Source of the DNA: Acidimicrobiales bacterium
Lineage (GTDB): Bacteria > Actinomycetota > Acidimicrobiia > Acidimicrobiales > UBA8190
Length of the DNA stretch: 64,000 bases
Direction: 5' to 3'
NCBI GenBank assembly: GCA_035531775.1
Contig: DATKSG010000014.1
Span: 135 to 64,134, forward strand
The notes under the pieces were generated by a model that was given only the letters and a program-made list of their open reading frames with translations, searched no databases and had not been told where the DNA came from. This document shows positions 10,691 to 19,708 of this stretch, piece after piece. The position numbers and the translations under genes are program-made. The stretch's first letter is position 1. Each line of letters begins with the position of its first letter.

Positions 10691-10719
10691 TTGACCGGTT
10701 CACGGGGCCGCCGTATCGT
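10691..10719 (+). promoter_or_regulatory. Candidate sigma-70-type promoter for ftsZ (TTGACC-17 nt-TATCGT)
   Basis: Near-consensus -35 (10691-10696) and a TANNNT -10 (10714-10719) with 17-nt spacing. Located in the 207-bp ftsQ-ftsZ gap. Confidence 0.35.
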
Positions 10720-10847
10720 GAAGGCGCCGGCACCGGATGAAGGTATGGTCGAGGGTGAGGGCGCACTGCGCCGGCTCGTCCAGTCCGACCACCCGATGGG
10801 GCAATGGCGGTGAGACCCGAGCCCCGGGCGACCGACGAGGAGAGTCG

Positions 10848-11945
10848 ATGACCGGTCCTGCACAGAGCAGCTATTTCGCTGTCATCAAAGTGGTCGGCGT
10901 CGGCGGCGGGGGCGTCAACGCCGTCAACCGGATGATCGACGCGAACCTGCGCGGCGTCGAGTTCATCGCCATGAACACCGATGCCCAGGCGCTGCTCATG
11001 AGTGACGCCGACTTGAAGCTCGACATCGGCCGCCAGCTGACCCGGGGCCTTGGCGCCGGCAGCGACCCCGAGGTGGGCCGCCAGGCCGCCGACGAGCACC
11101 GAGGTGAGATCGAGGAGGCGTTGAAGGGTGCCGACATGGTCTTCATCACCGCCGGCAAGGGCGGAGGCACTGGCACCGGGGCCGCCCCGGTGGTGGCGGA
11201 GGTGGCCAAGTCTGTGGGCGCCCTGACCATCGGTGTTGTGACACGGCCGTTCTCCTTCGAGGGGCGCCGGCGGTCGGTGCAGGCCGACGCCGGCATCGAG
11301 CGTCTCAAGGAGAAGGTCGATGCCATCATCATCATTCCCAACGACCGCTTGCTCAACGTGTCGACCGAGAAGACCTCCATGGTCAATGCCTTCAAGATGG
11401 CTGACGAAGTGCTGCTCCAGGGCGTGCAGGGGATCACCGATCTCATCACCATCCCGGGCCAGATCAACACCGACTTCGCCGACGTGCGCATGGTGCTTTC
11501 GAGCGCCGGAACGGCCATCATGGGGATCGGCCAGGCCACCGGCGAGGGGAGAGCCGTCAACGCAGCTCGCTCGGCCATCACGAGCCCGCTGCTCGAGGCG
11601 TCCATCGAAGGGGCCAGGGGCATCCTGGTCAACATCGCCGGCGGGCCCGACCTCGGGCTCTTCGAGGTCAACGAAGCTATGGAGATCATCCACGGCGTGG
11701 CACACCCCGACGCCAACATCATCTTCGGCAACGTGGTGGACGACGCCATGGGCGACGACGTGCGTGTCACCGTGATCGCCGCCGGCTTCGAGCGGTGGGA
11801 CGAGGGGCGCATCGGGGAGCCGAGGCCCAACGAGCGCAGCCAGGTGCTCGGGATCGATCCCGTGCACGAGGACATCTTCGCCCTTCCCGCCGACGATCTC
11901 GACCTCGGCGACGACGAGTTCGACGTCCCCTCCTTCCTCCGCTAG
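10848..11945 (+). CDS. ftsZ: Cell division GTPase FtsZ
   Basis: [13 protein letters not shown] and tubulin signature [16 protein letters not shown] 10848 is preceded by GAGGAGAG. The ORF-track start at 10737 is probably too far upstream. Confidence 0.95.
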   Translation: MTGPAQSSYFAVIKVVGVGGGGVNAVNRMIDANLRGVEFIAMNTDAQALLMSDADLKLDIGRQLTRGLGAGSDPEVGRQAADEHRGEIEEALKGADMVFITAGKGGGTGTGAAPVVAEVAKSVGALTIGVVTRPFSFEGRRRSVQADAGIERLKEKVDAIIIIPNDRLLNVSTEKTSMVNAFKMADEVLLQGVQGITDLITIPGQINTDFADVRMVLSSAGTAIMGIGQATGEGRAVNAARSAITSPLLEASIEGARGILVNIAGGPDLGLFEVNEAMEIIHGVAHPDANIIFGNVVDDAMGDDVRVTVIAAGFERWDEGRIGEPRPNERSQVLGIDPVHEDIFALPADDLDLGDDEFDVPSFLR

Positions 11946-12045
11946 CCGGGCCGACACCCTGGGGACCACGCCAGTTCAGGCATGGTGGACGGGGCGAGCC
12001 CACGGCGACCAGCGCGCTCTCGGCGCGGCCGAGGCGTCCGCCCCC

Positions 12046-12639
12046 GTGCCCGCCGGCCGGGCCCTGCTTCGCCTGACCCAGGTGCACGGCCCGGTTGTGG
12101 TCTTCGTGGGCCGAGGGCCGGTGCCGCCGGGAGCCGAGGCCTGGGCGCCCGGCCCGGCGGGAAGGCCTCCCGAAGGGGACGCCTTGGTGGGCGTAGGCGA
12201 CGACCACTGCCTGGCCGTGCTGGTTGCCGACTGCGCTCCGGTGGCCCTTGCCTCACCCGACGGTGTCCATGGCGCCGTGCACGTCGGCTGGAGGGGCCTG
12301 GCGGCCGGCATCCTTGAACGGGCCGTGCCGGTCATGCGGGCGTTGGGCGCCGGGGAAGTAGTGGCGGAGCTCGGGCCGTGCATTGGCCCGTGTTGCTACG
12401 AGTTCTCCCCGGCCGATATGGCGCCGATGGTGGACCGCTACGGGCCCTCGGCCCGGGGCCGTACCACCTCCGGCGCCCCGGCGCTCAACATGGTTGCCGC
12501 CATCACGAGCGCGCTCGGGTCCATGGGCGTGGTCCTCGGAATCGAGCGGTGGCACTGCACGGCGTGCAGCCCCGACGATTACTCGCATCGCCGTGATGGC
12601 GACGAAGAGCGCCAAGCCCTGCTCGTGTGGCAGCGATGA
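12046..12639 (+). CDS. pgeF: Peptidoglycan editing factor PgeF / YfiH (laccase-domain, DUF152) protein
   Basis: Motifs QVHG, ADCAPV, HVGWRG, CCYEF and SHRRDG. The position after ftsZ is conserved. The true N-terminus is uncertain (see finding). Confidence 0.75.
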   Translation: MPAGRALLRLTQVHGPVVVFVGRGPVPPGAEAWAPGPAGRPPEGDALVGVGDDHCLAVLVADCAPVALASPDGVHGAVHVGWRGLAAGILERAVPVMRALGAGEVVAELGPCIGPCCYEFSPADMAPMVDRYGPSARGRTTSGAPALNMVAAITSALGSMGVVLGIERWHCTACSPDDYSHRRDGDEERQALLVWQR

Positions 12640-13316
12640 GCCACCCGACAACCGGCGCCCTCAGCGCCGAGCTGGTCGCCGACCGCCTGGCCGAAGTGCG
12701 GCGGCGGGTGGCGGCCTGCGGCGCCGACACGGGGGCGGTGGAGGTGGTGGCGGTGACCAAAGGCCACGGGGTCGAGGCGGTGACCGCCGCGCTCGGAGCC
12801 GGTCTCCATGCCATCGGGGAGAACTACGCCGAGGAGCTCGTGGCCAAAGCGGCCGACCCCTCGACCGTCGCTGCGCGGTGGCATTTCCTGGGCGCCGTCC
12901 AGCGTCGCAAGGTGGCCCGTCTGGCCAAGGTGGTGAGCTGCTGGCAGACGGTGTGCCGGTTGGTCGAAGGCGAGTCGATCGCCGAGCGGGCCCCGGGGGC
13001 CGCCGTGCTGGTGGAGGTGAACTTGACCGGGCGCCCGGAACGCAATGGCGTGTCGCTGGCCGAGGTCCCGGGCCTCGTGGGCGGGCTGCGCGCTTTGGTG
13101 CTCGACGTCGTGGGCGTCATGGCCATCGGCGTGCCGGGCCCACCAGAGGATGCCCGACCGGGTTTCCGGCGCCTGGCCGAGCTGGCCCGTGACCTGGGTC
13201 TCGAGCAGGTCTCGATGGGAATGAGCGACGACCTAGAGGTGGCCGTACAAGAAGGCTCCACCATGATCCGCATCGGGCGCGGCCTGTTCGGGTCACGCCC
13301 GACGACTGCCTCCTAG
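12636..13316 (+). CDS. yggS: YggS-family pyridoxal-phosphate homeostasis protein
   Basis: Motifs VTKGH, IGENY, WHFLGAVQRRKV and MGMSDDLEVAVQEGSTMIRIG. ATG 12636 forms an ATGA overlap with the pgeF stop. An alternative start is GTG 12627. Confidence 0.85.
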   Translation: MSHPTTGALSAELVADRLAEVRRRVAACGADTGAVEVVAVTKGHGVEAVTAALGAGLHAIGENYAEELVAKAADPSTVAARWHFLGAVQRRKVARLAKVVSCWQTVCRLVEGESIAERAPGAAVLVEVNLTGRPERNGVSLAEVPGLVGGLRALVLDVVGVMAIGVPGPPEDARPGFRRLAELARDLGLEQVSMGMSDDLEVAVQEGSTMIRIGRGLFGSRPTTAS

Positions 13317-13380
13317 GGGCCCCGGCGGCGTCCCCATACGCCGGAGTCGAGGCACTACGCTGTCGAAGGGAGGAACGCAC

Positions 13381-13899
13381 ATGGCGTCAGGGTTCTTCAA
13401 GCGCACCATGGTCTACCTGGGCCTGGTCGACGACGACTACGAGGACTACGAGGACTACGAGCCCGCCCGGGGCATTCCTCGGGTGTCGGCGCGTCCGGCC
13501 GAGGAAGAAGAGTCGCAGCCGGTTCCGGCGATGGCCACCAGCACCATCCGCCCCATGCGCGAGGACGGGACAGGCGCGTCGGCTTCCGTGCGGGCCATGG
13601 TCCGGCCGCTGCCGGCCGACTCCGCCGCCCGGGTGCATCTCGTGGCCCCCATGGAGTTTGGCGACGCGCGCCAGATCGCCGACCGGCTCATGGGCAACCA
13701 ACCGGTCATCGTCAACCTGCAGATGGCCGATCGCGAGCTCATGCGGCGCATGATCGACTTTTGTAGCGGCGTGGCGTATGCCATGAGCGGGAAGATGGAG
13801 CGGGTGGCCGACAAGGTGTTCCTGGTCACACCCTCGAACGTCAAGGTGTCGGCCGAAGAGCGCCAGCGGCTGCAGGAGAACGGCCTGCTCCAGCCCTGA
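13381..13899 (+). CDS. sepF: Cell division protein SepF
   Basis: N-terminal MASGFFKRTMVYLGL amphipathic helix and a conserved C-terminal SepF core (QIADRL..VIVNL). SD GGGAGGA lies upstream. Confidence 0.85.
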   Translation: MASGFFKRTMVYLGLVDDDYEDYEDYEPARGIPRVSARPAEEEESQPVPAMATSTIRPMREDGTGASASVRAMVRPLPADSAARVHLVAPMEFGDARQIADRLMGNQPVIVNLQMADRELMRRMIDFCSGVAYAMSGKMERVADKVFLVTPSNVKVSAEERQRLQENGLLQP

Positions 13900-13939
13900 C
13901 GGGCTGACAGCTGAGCCGACTCCGCCCAGGAGCTCTGTC

Positions 13940-14233
13940 ATGCACGGCGCCTTCATGGCCAGCGTGGGCCTACAACGTGCCCTCGGTATCGTGCTCGAGC
14001 TCTACGTCATCATCCTGGTGGCCCGCGCCCTCATGAGCTGGTTCCCCCTGCATCCCGGCAGCCCACTGGTGGCAGTGGTGCGGACCCTCGACCGCCTGAC
14101 CGAGCCGGTCCTACGGCCCATCCGGCGCATCCTGCCGCCGGTGCGGGCGGGGGGCATGGCCATCGACCTTTCTATCATCGTGGCCATTTTCGCCGTGCAG
14201 ATCATCGGCGGCGTAATCGTCCGAGCCGTCTGA
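13940..14233 (+). CDS. yggT: YggT-family membrane protein
   Basis: 97-aa two-TM protein (ILVARALMSWFP...RPIRRILPP). Canonical position between sepF and divIVA. SD AGGAG 7 nt upstream. Confidence 0.75.
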   Translation: MHGAFMASVGLQRALGIVLELYVIILVARALMSWFPLHPGSPLVAVVRTLDRLTEPVLRPIRRILPPVRAGGMAIDLSIIVAIFAVQIIGGVIVRAV

Positions 14234-14254
14234 TCCCTCGCTGGCCGGGGGGCC

Positions 14255-15004
14255 GTGGGTAGGATCGGGCCCATGGAGAGTCCTAAGTCGAATCAGCCCA
14301 TGGCCGCCCTCGACAGCCTGCGGACGGTTGAGTTCCGCCAGACCCTGCGTGGATACCACATCGACGATGTCGATGAGTACCTCGAGAAGGTGGCTGTCGA
14401 GGCCGAGGCGCTCCAGGAACAAGTGCGCCTGGCCGCCGAGCGCATGCGACAGGCTGCCGACCGCATCGCCCAGCTCGAGCAGCCAAAGCAGCCTCAACCG
14501 CCTCAGCAGGCGCTCTCGAAGGCACCGGCTGCCGGCACCACCGAGGAAACCTTGCAGAGGACTCTGGTCCTGGCCCAGAAGTTCGTTGACCAGACCCACG
14601 CCGAAGCCGAGGCCCAGGCCCGAGCCATCATCGAGCAGGCCGAGAAGCGGGCCCGTGCCGCTGTGAGCGAAGCGGAGGAGCGGGCTCGTTCGGTGGCTGC
14701 TGACACCGCCGAGCGCCTGCGCACCGAGGTGGCGCGCCTCGAGGCGCAACGCGCGAAGCTGGCTGGTGATGTGGAGACCATCGCCCGTCACCTCGAAACC
14801 GAACGAGCACGTTTGCGCGGAGCGCTGGGCGAAATGCTGCACTGGATCGACGAGCACGTGCAGCCTGAAGCCACCCTGTTGGCCCAGCCCCCCGCCGATC
14901 GGTCGGGACAAGAGGCTCAGGACCGGGCGGAGTCACCAGCGGACCGGCCCGGGCTCATGCCGCTCGGCCAGGGGCATTCGGCGCCCAACGGATCGCCTCG
15001 CTGA
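14255..15004 (+). CDS. divIVA: DivIVA-domain protein (Wag31-like)
   Basis: DivIVA N-terminal motif (VEFRQTLRGYHIDDVDEYLEKV) followed by a long coiled coil. The start is ambiguous (GTG 14255, ATG 14273 or ATG 14300). Confidence 0.8.
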   Translation: MGRIGPMESPKSNQPMAALDSLRTVEFRQTLRGYHIDDVDEYLEKVAVEAEALQEQVRLAAERMRQAADRIAQLEQPKQPQPPQQALSKAPAAGTTEETLQRTLVLAQKFVDQTHAEAEAQARAIIEQAEKRARAAVSEAEERARSVAADTAERLRTEVARLEAQRAKLAGDVETIARHLETERARLRGALGEMLHWIDEHVQPEATLLAQPPADRSGQEAQDRAESPADRPGLMPLGQGHSAPNGSPR

Positions 15005-15022
15005 GCGAGTTTGGAGCGAGCT

Positions 15023-18000
15023 TCAGAGCGGGTGGTGGCCGACCTTGGCCACAGCCACAGCCAGTTCGTCTGCCGGCGTCACCGTTATGGCATCAGCCAG
15101 GGTCTGCTCGGCCACGTAGTCCCGATGGCGCTCGACCGCTGACGCCACCTCGGCAGGAGCGGACAGGGCCAGGTCGATGTGGTCCGACACGTGCAGGCCG
15201 GCGTCGCGTCGGGCCCGTTGGACCAGGCGGACGACGTCGCGAGCCCAACCTTCGGACTCGAGGTCGGCATCGACGTCGGTGTCAAGGACGATGACGCCGG
15301 CGTTTCCCGGCAAGGTCCGGCCCTGGTCGGGCCGCCGTGGCCGCAGGGCCAGCAGGAATTCGCCATCCTCGAGACGCCACCGGTCCACATCTACTGAGCC
15401 GTCACCGGTCAGCTGCCAGCGGCCGGCCTTAACGGCGGCGATGACGCGTTGGGTGTCGGGGCCCAGGCGCGGCCCGAGGGTCGCCGGCACCAGGGAGAGT
15501 ACCCGCTCGGCCACGTCGGACACGGCGTCGGTGAATACGACCTCTTTGACGTTCACCTCGTCCTCGATGAGGGAGGCGTAGGGAACAAGGCGCTCGGGCT
15601 CCGGCACAGCCACCGTGAGGCGGTGCAGCGGCAGGCGCACACGCCGGGCGTGTGCTTCGCGCACCGCATGGGCGGCCGAGCACACGTCGCGCACCGTGTC
15701 CATGTCCCGGACCAGCTCCGGGTCGGGGCGGAGCTCGGCTGAGCCGGGCCAATCGGCCAGGTGCACCGAGCGCTCGCCGGTCAGGGGGCGGTAGATGGCT
15801 TCGGTGAGCAGCGGGAGCAGAGGAGCCGCCACCCGGCATAGAACCGACAACACAGTGGACAAGGTGTCGTAGGCGTCGGCCTTGTCGGCCTCTACCTCGT
15901 CCGACCCGTCGCGTGAGCGCCAAAACCGGTCCCGGCTGCGGCGGATGTACCAGTTGTTCAGCGCGTCGAGGAACGATGTCACGGCCGAGCAGGCACCGAA
16001 CAGGTCGTAGCCGTCCATGCACCGCTCGAGTTCGGCGACCAGAGCGGCCGTCTTGGCCAGCGCATAGCGGTCGAGGACCCCCGCCGCATCGAGTCGACGC
16101 CGGCCGCCGATGCCGTCGACATTGGCGTACAGCGACATGAAGTACCAGGCATTCCAGATCGGGTTCAAGACCTGGCGGCGGACTTCTTCGAAGCCTTTGG
16201 CGTGCACTACCAGGTCCTGGCCGCGCAGGATGGGCGAGGACAGCAGGAACCACCGCATGGCATCGGCGCCCCACATGTCGAAGACCTGGTCGGGTTCGGG
16301 GTAGTTGCCCAATCGCTTCGACATCTTGCGCCCGTCGTCGCCCAGGACGATGCCGTGAGCCACACAGTGGGAGAACGGAGGCCGGTCGAACAGGGCGGTG
16401 GAGAGCACATGGAGCGTGTAGAACCAACCCCGGGTCTGCCCGACGTACTCGACGATGAAGTCGGCTGGAAAATGCGAGTCGAACCAGTCGGCGTGCTCGA
16501 AGGGATAGTGGACCTGGGCGAAAGGCATCGATCCGGATTCGAACCAGCAGTCGAGGACGTCGCTCACACGGCGCATGGTCGATGTGCCGGTGGGGTCGTC
16601 CGGGTTGGGCCGCACCAGGTCATCGATGGCCGGTCGATGCAGGTCGTCCGGGCGGACCCCGAAATCCCGCTCGAGCTCTTCGATGCTCCCGTAGACGTCC
16701 AGCCTGGGATACCGAGGGTCGTCGCTCTTCCACACCGGGATGGGAGCTCCCCAGAAGCGGTTGCGGCTGATCGACCAGTCGCGCGCTCCCTGGAGCCACT
16801 TGCCGAAGGCACCGTCGCGCACGTGGGACGGCACCCAGTCGATCTGCTGGTTCAGCTCGAGCATCCGGTCCTTCACGGCGGTGACAGCGACGAACCACGA
16901 GCTAACCGCCTTGTAGATGAGCGGCGTGTCGGTACGCCAGCAGTGTGGGTAGCTGTGGGTGTACGTGGCCGCCTCGACCAAAACACCTGACGATTCGAGG
17001 TCGGCGGTGATGGCCCTGTTGGCGTCGAATACCTGGACACCGACATAGGGGGCGACTTCCGCTGTGAAACGTCCTTGATCGTCGACCGGGCAGACCACGG
17101 CGATGCCGGCATCGGCACAAGCCTGGTAGTCCTCTTCGCCGAACCCCGGAGCCATGTGGACGATGCCGGTGCCCTCGTCGGTGGCCACGAACTCGCCGCC
17201 GAGCACCACGAAAGCCCCCGGGTGATCGGCGAAGAAGCCGAACAGGGGCCGGTATCGCCGTCCCACGAGGTCGGACCCGCTGATGATGGAGAGCGGCTCC
17301 CGGTCGGCGAACAGCGCCGGGTAGGCGGCGACACGCTCCTCGGCCACCACGGTAGGGCCGTCGTCGAGGTCGTAGACGGCATAACGGATGTCCGGGCCCA
17401 CGGCCACGGCCAGGTTGGAGGGAAGCGTCCATGGGGTGGTGGTCCATACGAGCAAGCGCAGGGGACCGACGATGGCTCCGGGCTCGGCGTCGGCGGACAA
17501 GGGGTCCAAGGTGAACGCCACCGTGACGGCTGGGTCCTGGCGGGGGCGATAGGCATCGTCCTGGCGGGTCTCGAAGTTCGACAGTGGCGTCTCGCACTCC
17601 CAGCAATAGGGCAGTACGCGCTCGCCTTCGTAGAGAAGGCCTTTGTCCCACAAGCTCTTGAAGGCCCACAGGACGCTCTCCATGTAGGGGAGGTCCATGG
17701 TCTTGTAGTCGTCTGCGAAATCCACCCAACGGGCTTGGCGGGTGACGTAGCGCTCCCAGGAGTCGGTGGTGCGCTGGACCAGAGCCCGGCAGTAGCCGTT
17801 GAAGCGATCGATGCCGTACTCCACAATGCTGGCTCGGCCCCTCACCTCGAGCTCTTTCTCGGCTTCCATCTCGGCTGGGAGCCCGTGGCAGTCCCAGCCG
17901 AATCGTCGCTCCACGCGCCTGCCGCGCATGGTCTGGTACCGGGGGATGGCGTCCTTTACGAAGCCGGTGAGCAGGTGTCCGTAGTGGGGGAGCCCATTGG

Positions 18001-18178
18001 CAAAGGGAGGGCCGTCGTAGAAGACGTACTCGTTCCCCCCCCCGGGTCGGGCTTGAACCGACGCTGCAAAGGTGCCGTCGGCGGCCCAGAAGTCCAGGAT
18101 CTCACGCTCGAGACGGGGGTAGTCCGCCTGCTGGTCGACGCGCGGGTACGGCGCGTCATGCGCAGTGCTGGTGGGCAT
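15023..18178 (-). CDS. ileS: Isoleucine--tRNA ligase (type 2, actinobacterial/eukaryote-like)
   Basis: HIGH region ([14 protein letters not shown]) and KMSKS ([10 protein letters not shown]) in a 1051-aa class Ia synthetase. Confidence 0.95.
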   Translation of the reverse strand: MPTSTAHDAPYPRVDQQADYPRLEREILDFWAADGTFAASVQARPGGGNEYVFYDGPPFANGLPHYGHLLTGFVKDAIPRYQTMRGRRVERRFGWDCHGLPAEMEAEKELEVRGRASIVEYGIDRFNGYCRALVQRTTDSWERYVTRQARWVDFADDYKTMDLPYMESVLWAFKSLWDKGLLYEGERVLPYCWECETPLSNFETRQDDAYRPRQDPAVTVAFTLDPLSADAEPGAIVGPLRLLVWTTTPWTLPSNLAVAVGPDIRYAVYDLDDGPTVVAEERVAAYPALFADREPLSIISGSDLVGRRYRPLFGFFADHPGAFVVLGGEFVATDEGTGIVHMAPGFGEEDYQACADAGIAVVCPVDDQGRFTAEVAPYVGVQVFDANRAITADLESSGVLVEAATYTHSYPHCWRTDTPLIYKAVSSWFVAVTAVKDRMLELNQQIDWVPSHVRDGAFGKWLQGARDWSISRNRFWGAPIPVWKSDDPRYPRLDVYGSIEELERDFGVRPDDLHRPAIDDLVRPNPDDPTGTSTMRRVSDVLDCWFESGSMPFAQVHYPFEHADWFDSHFPADFIVEYVGQTRGWFYTLHVLSTALFDRPPFSHCVAHGIVLGDDGRKMSKRLGNYPEPDQVFDMWGADAMRWFLLSSPILRGQDLVVHAKGFEEVRRQVLNPIWNAWYFMSLYANVDGIGGRRRLDAAGVLDRYALAKTAALVAELERCMDGYDLFGACSAVTSFLDALNNWYIRRSRDRFWRSRDGSDEVEADKADAYDTLSTVLSVLCRVAAPLLPLLTEAIYRPLTGERSVHLADWPGSAELRPDPELVRDMDTVRDVCSAAHAVREAHARRVRLPLHRLTVAVPEPERLVPYASLIEDEVNVKEVVFTDAVSDVAERVLSLVPATLGPRLGPDTQRVIAAVKAGRWQLTGDGSVDVDRWRLEDGEFLLALRPRRPDQGRTLPGNAGVIVLDTDVDADLESEGWARDVVRLVQRARRDAGLHVSDHIDLALSAPAEVASAVERHRDYVAEQTLADAITVTPADELAVAVAKVGHHPL

Positions 18179-18254
18179 GGGCCCCAGCGTATTCGCCGGC
18201 GGCAGCCGCCCCGGGCAAGGTGGTGGCTGCCGCCGTCGGCGTGCCGCCTGGGTG

Positions 18255-18283
18255 TTGCCCTGCCAGCCCGGCGACGCTATCGT
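18255..18283 (+). promoter_or_regulatory. Candidate promoter of the DdbA-like gene (TTGCCC-17 nt-TATCGT)
   Basis: -35-like 18255-18260 and TANNNT -10 at 18278-18283. The -10 is embedded in the 7-bp inverted repeat GGCGACG-CTAT-CGTCGCC (18270-18287). Confidence 0.3.
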
Positions 18284-18362
18284 CGCCCACCTTCGTCAAC
18301 CAGGTGGAGAACGCCCGCATGATCGAGATTGACCACGCCGCCGACCGGCGAGCCCCGCGCTG

Positions 18363-19199
18363 ATGAGTCCCGTGAAGAAGGCCGCCGCCCGCAAGCCCGC
18401 CCCGGCCAAGAAGGCCCCGGCCAAGAAGGTCGCCGCCGCCAAGAAGGTCGCCGCCGCCAAGAAAGCAGCCCCGGCCAAGAAGGCCCCGGCCAAGAAGGCC
18501 CCGGCCAAGAAAGCAGCCCCAGCCAAGAAGGCCCCGGCCAAGAAGGTCGCCGCCGCCAAGAAAGCAGCGCCGGCCAAGAAGGCCCCGGCCAAGAAGACCC
18601 CGGCCAAGAAGGCCCCGGCCAAGAAGGCCGTCGTCCGCAAGCCCGCCCCGGCCAAGAAGGCCCCGGCCAAGAAGGCCGTTGTCCGCAAGCCCGCCCCGGC
18701 CAAGAAGGCCCCGGCCAAGAAGGCCGCGGCCGCAGCCAAGAAGATCGCTCCGCCTCCGCCTCCGCCTCCGCCTCCGCCCAAGCCGGCCGCAGCGCCCAAG
18801 CCCAAGCCGATTCCGCATCCCTATGCCTCGGACACCAAGTTCCTCGACGAGCAGCGCCAATTCTTGCTCGACGAGCGCGAGGTCTACAAGCGCCAGGCCG
18901 AGGACCTCCGAGCCGAGGCGGACTCGCTGGCCTTGGAGCGTGAGCCGGGAGACGTCCAGTTCGACGAGGAGTCTGGTGAAGGAGGGACCATCGCAGTCGA
19001 TCGCGAGCGCGACCTCACCTTGTCGGCACAGGCCTTGGCCACCATCGACGAGATCGATTTCGCCATCATCGCCATCGACAACAAGACCTATGGTGCCTGC
19101 GAGGGCTGCGGGCAGCCGATCCCGAAGGCGAGGTTACGGGCGCTGCCCTACGCACGCTTATGTGTGGCGTGCAAGAGCGGAGGGTTGCACCGCCGCTGA
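18363..19199 (+). CDS. DdbA-like nucleoid/RNAP-associated protein: N-terminal Lys/Ala/Pro-rich histone H1-like repeats, Pro10 linker, C-terminal DksA/TraR C4 zinc finger
   Basis: About 125 aa of PAKKA/AAKKA repeats, then [10 protein letters not shown], a coiled-coil region and CEGC-x17-CVAC. Located between ileS and lspA. Confidence 0.8.
   Translation: MSPVKKAAARKPAPAKKAPAKKVAAAKKVAAAKKAAPAKKAPAKKAPAKKAAPAKKAPAKKVAAAKKAAPAKKAPAKKTPAKKAPAKKAVVRKPAPAKKAPAKKAVVRKPAPAKKAPAKKAAAAAKKIAPPPPPPPPPPKPAAAPKPKPIPHPYASDTKFLDEQRQFLLDEREVYKRQAEDLRAEADSLALEREPGDVQFDEESGEGGTIAVDRERDLTLSAQALATIDEIDFAIIAIDNKTYGACEGCGQPIPKARLRALPYARLCVACKSGGLHRR
18378..18779 (+). repeat. In-frame degenerate tandem repeats (GCCCCGGCCAAGAAGGCC-type units) followed by (CCGCCT)n encoding Pro10
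   Basis: Visible reiteration of gccccggccaagaaggcc / gtcgccgccgccaagaa units. The ccgcct hexamer repeat spans 18750-18779. Confidence 0.9.
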
Positions 19200-19708
19200 G
19201 CGGCACTGAGCCTGGCCGCAGCGACGCCCGCCGACGCGCCGTAGTGGCCGGAGCCGTGGCCGTGGTTGTGGTCGTCGCCGACCAGGCGAGCAAGAGCTGG
19301 GCCCTCTACCGCCTGGCTACCGGCTCCGTGCACGTGGTGTGGCGGCTGGATTTCGCCTTGTCGTTCAACTCCGGCAGCGCGTTCGGCCTGGCCCAGGGTT
19401 GGGCTCCGGTCATCGCCGCCCTGGCTGTGGCCCTGGTCGTCGGTCTTGTGGTCGCCCTGCGCCGGGTGCGGACCGTGCCCATGGCCGCCGCCATAGGCCT
19501 GGTTCTCGGGGGGGCGGTGGGCAACCTGGCCGACCGCCTCCTGCGGGGTCACCATGGTGCGGTGGTGGATTTCATCGCCCTGCACTTCTGGCCGACGTTC
19601 AATGTGGCCGACGCCTGCATCTCCGTGGGCGTCGTGGTGGCTGCCTTGTCGCTGTGGCGGGCTCCGGAGAACACCACCGGCGACCGGAGTGTCGTGGGCG
19701 ACAGATGA
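19160..19708 (+). CDS. lspA: Lipoprotein signal peptidase (signal peptidase II)
   Basis: Motifs SFNSGSAFGL, VVDFI and FNVADACISVG. The start is uncertain: 19160 overlaps the upstream gene, and GTG 19244 is an alternative. Confidence 0.8.
   Translation: MCGVQERRVAPPLSGTEPGRSDARRRAVVAGAVAVVVVVADQASKSWALYRLATGSVHVVWRLDFALSFNSGSAFGLAQGWAPVIAALAVALVVGLVVALRRVRTVPMAAAIGLVLGGAVGNLADRLLRGHHGAVVDFIALHFWPTFNVADACISVGVVVAALSLWRAPENTTGDRSVVGDR

Noticed and set aside
18179-18362. T-box riboswitch upstream of ileS, which is known for actinobacterial ileS genes.
   Set aside because: The leader read on the minus strand contains AUC-A triplets and a GGUGG segment, but not the conserved T-box sequence (GGGUGGUACCGCG-like) or other T-box landmarks. 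A TANNNT box 7 nt from the ATG suggests a leaderless transcript instead. An Infernal scan would be decisive.
18378-18746. Regularly repeated ~15-18-nt units that could superficially resemble a CRISPR array or minisatellite.
   Set aside because: The repeats are contiguous with no spacers, in frame, and encode PAKKA-type peptide repeats inside a clear CDS. No cas genes lie nearby.
18156-18860. 234-aa minus-strand ORF with LLGRG repeats, and a 169-aa ORF with FLAGA repeats.
   Set aside because: These are mirror images of the Lys/Ala repeat DNA on the opposite strand. They are shadow ORFs of the DdbA-like gene.
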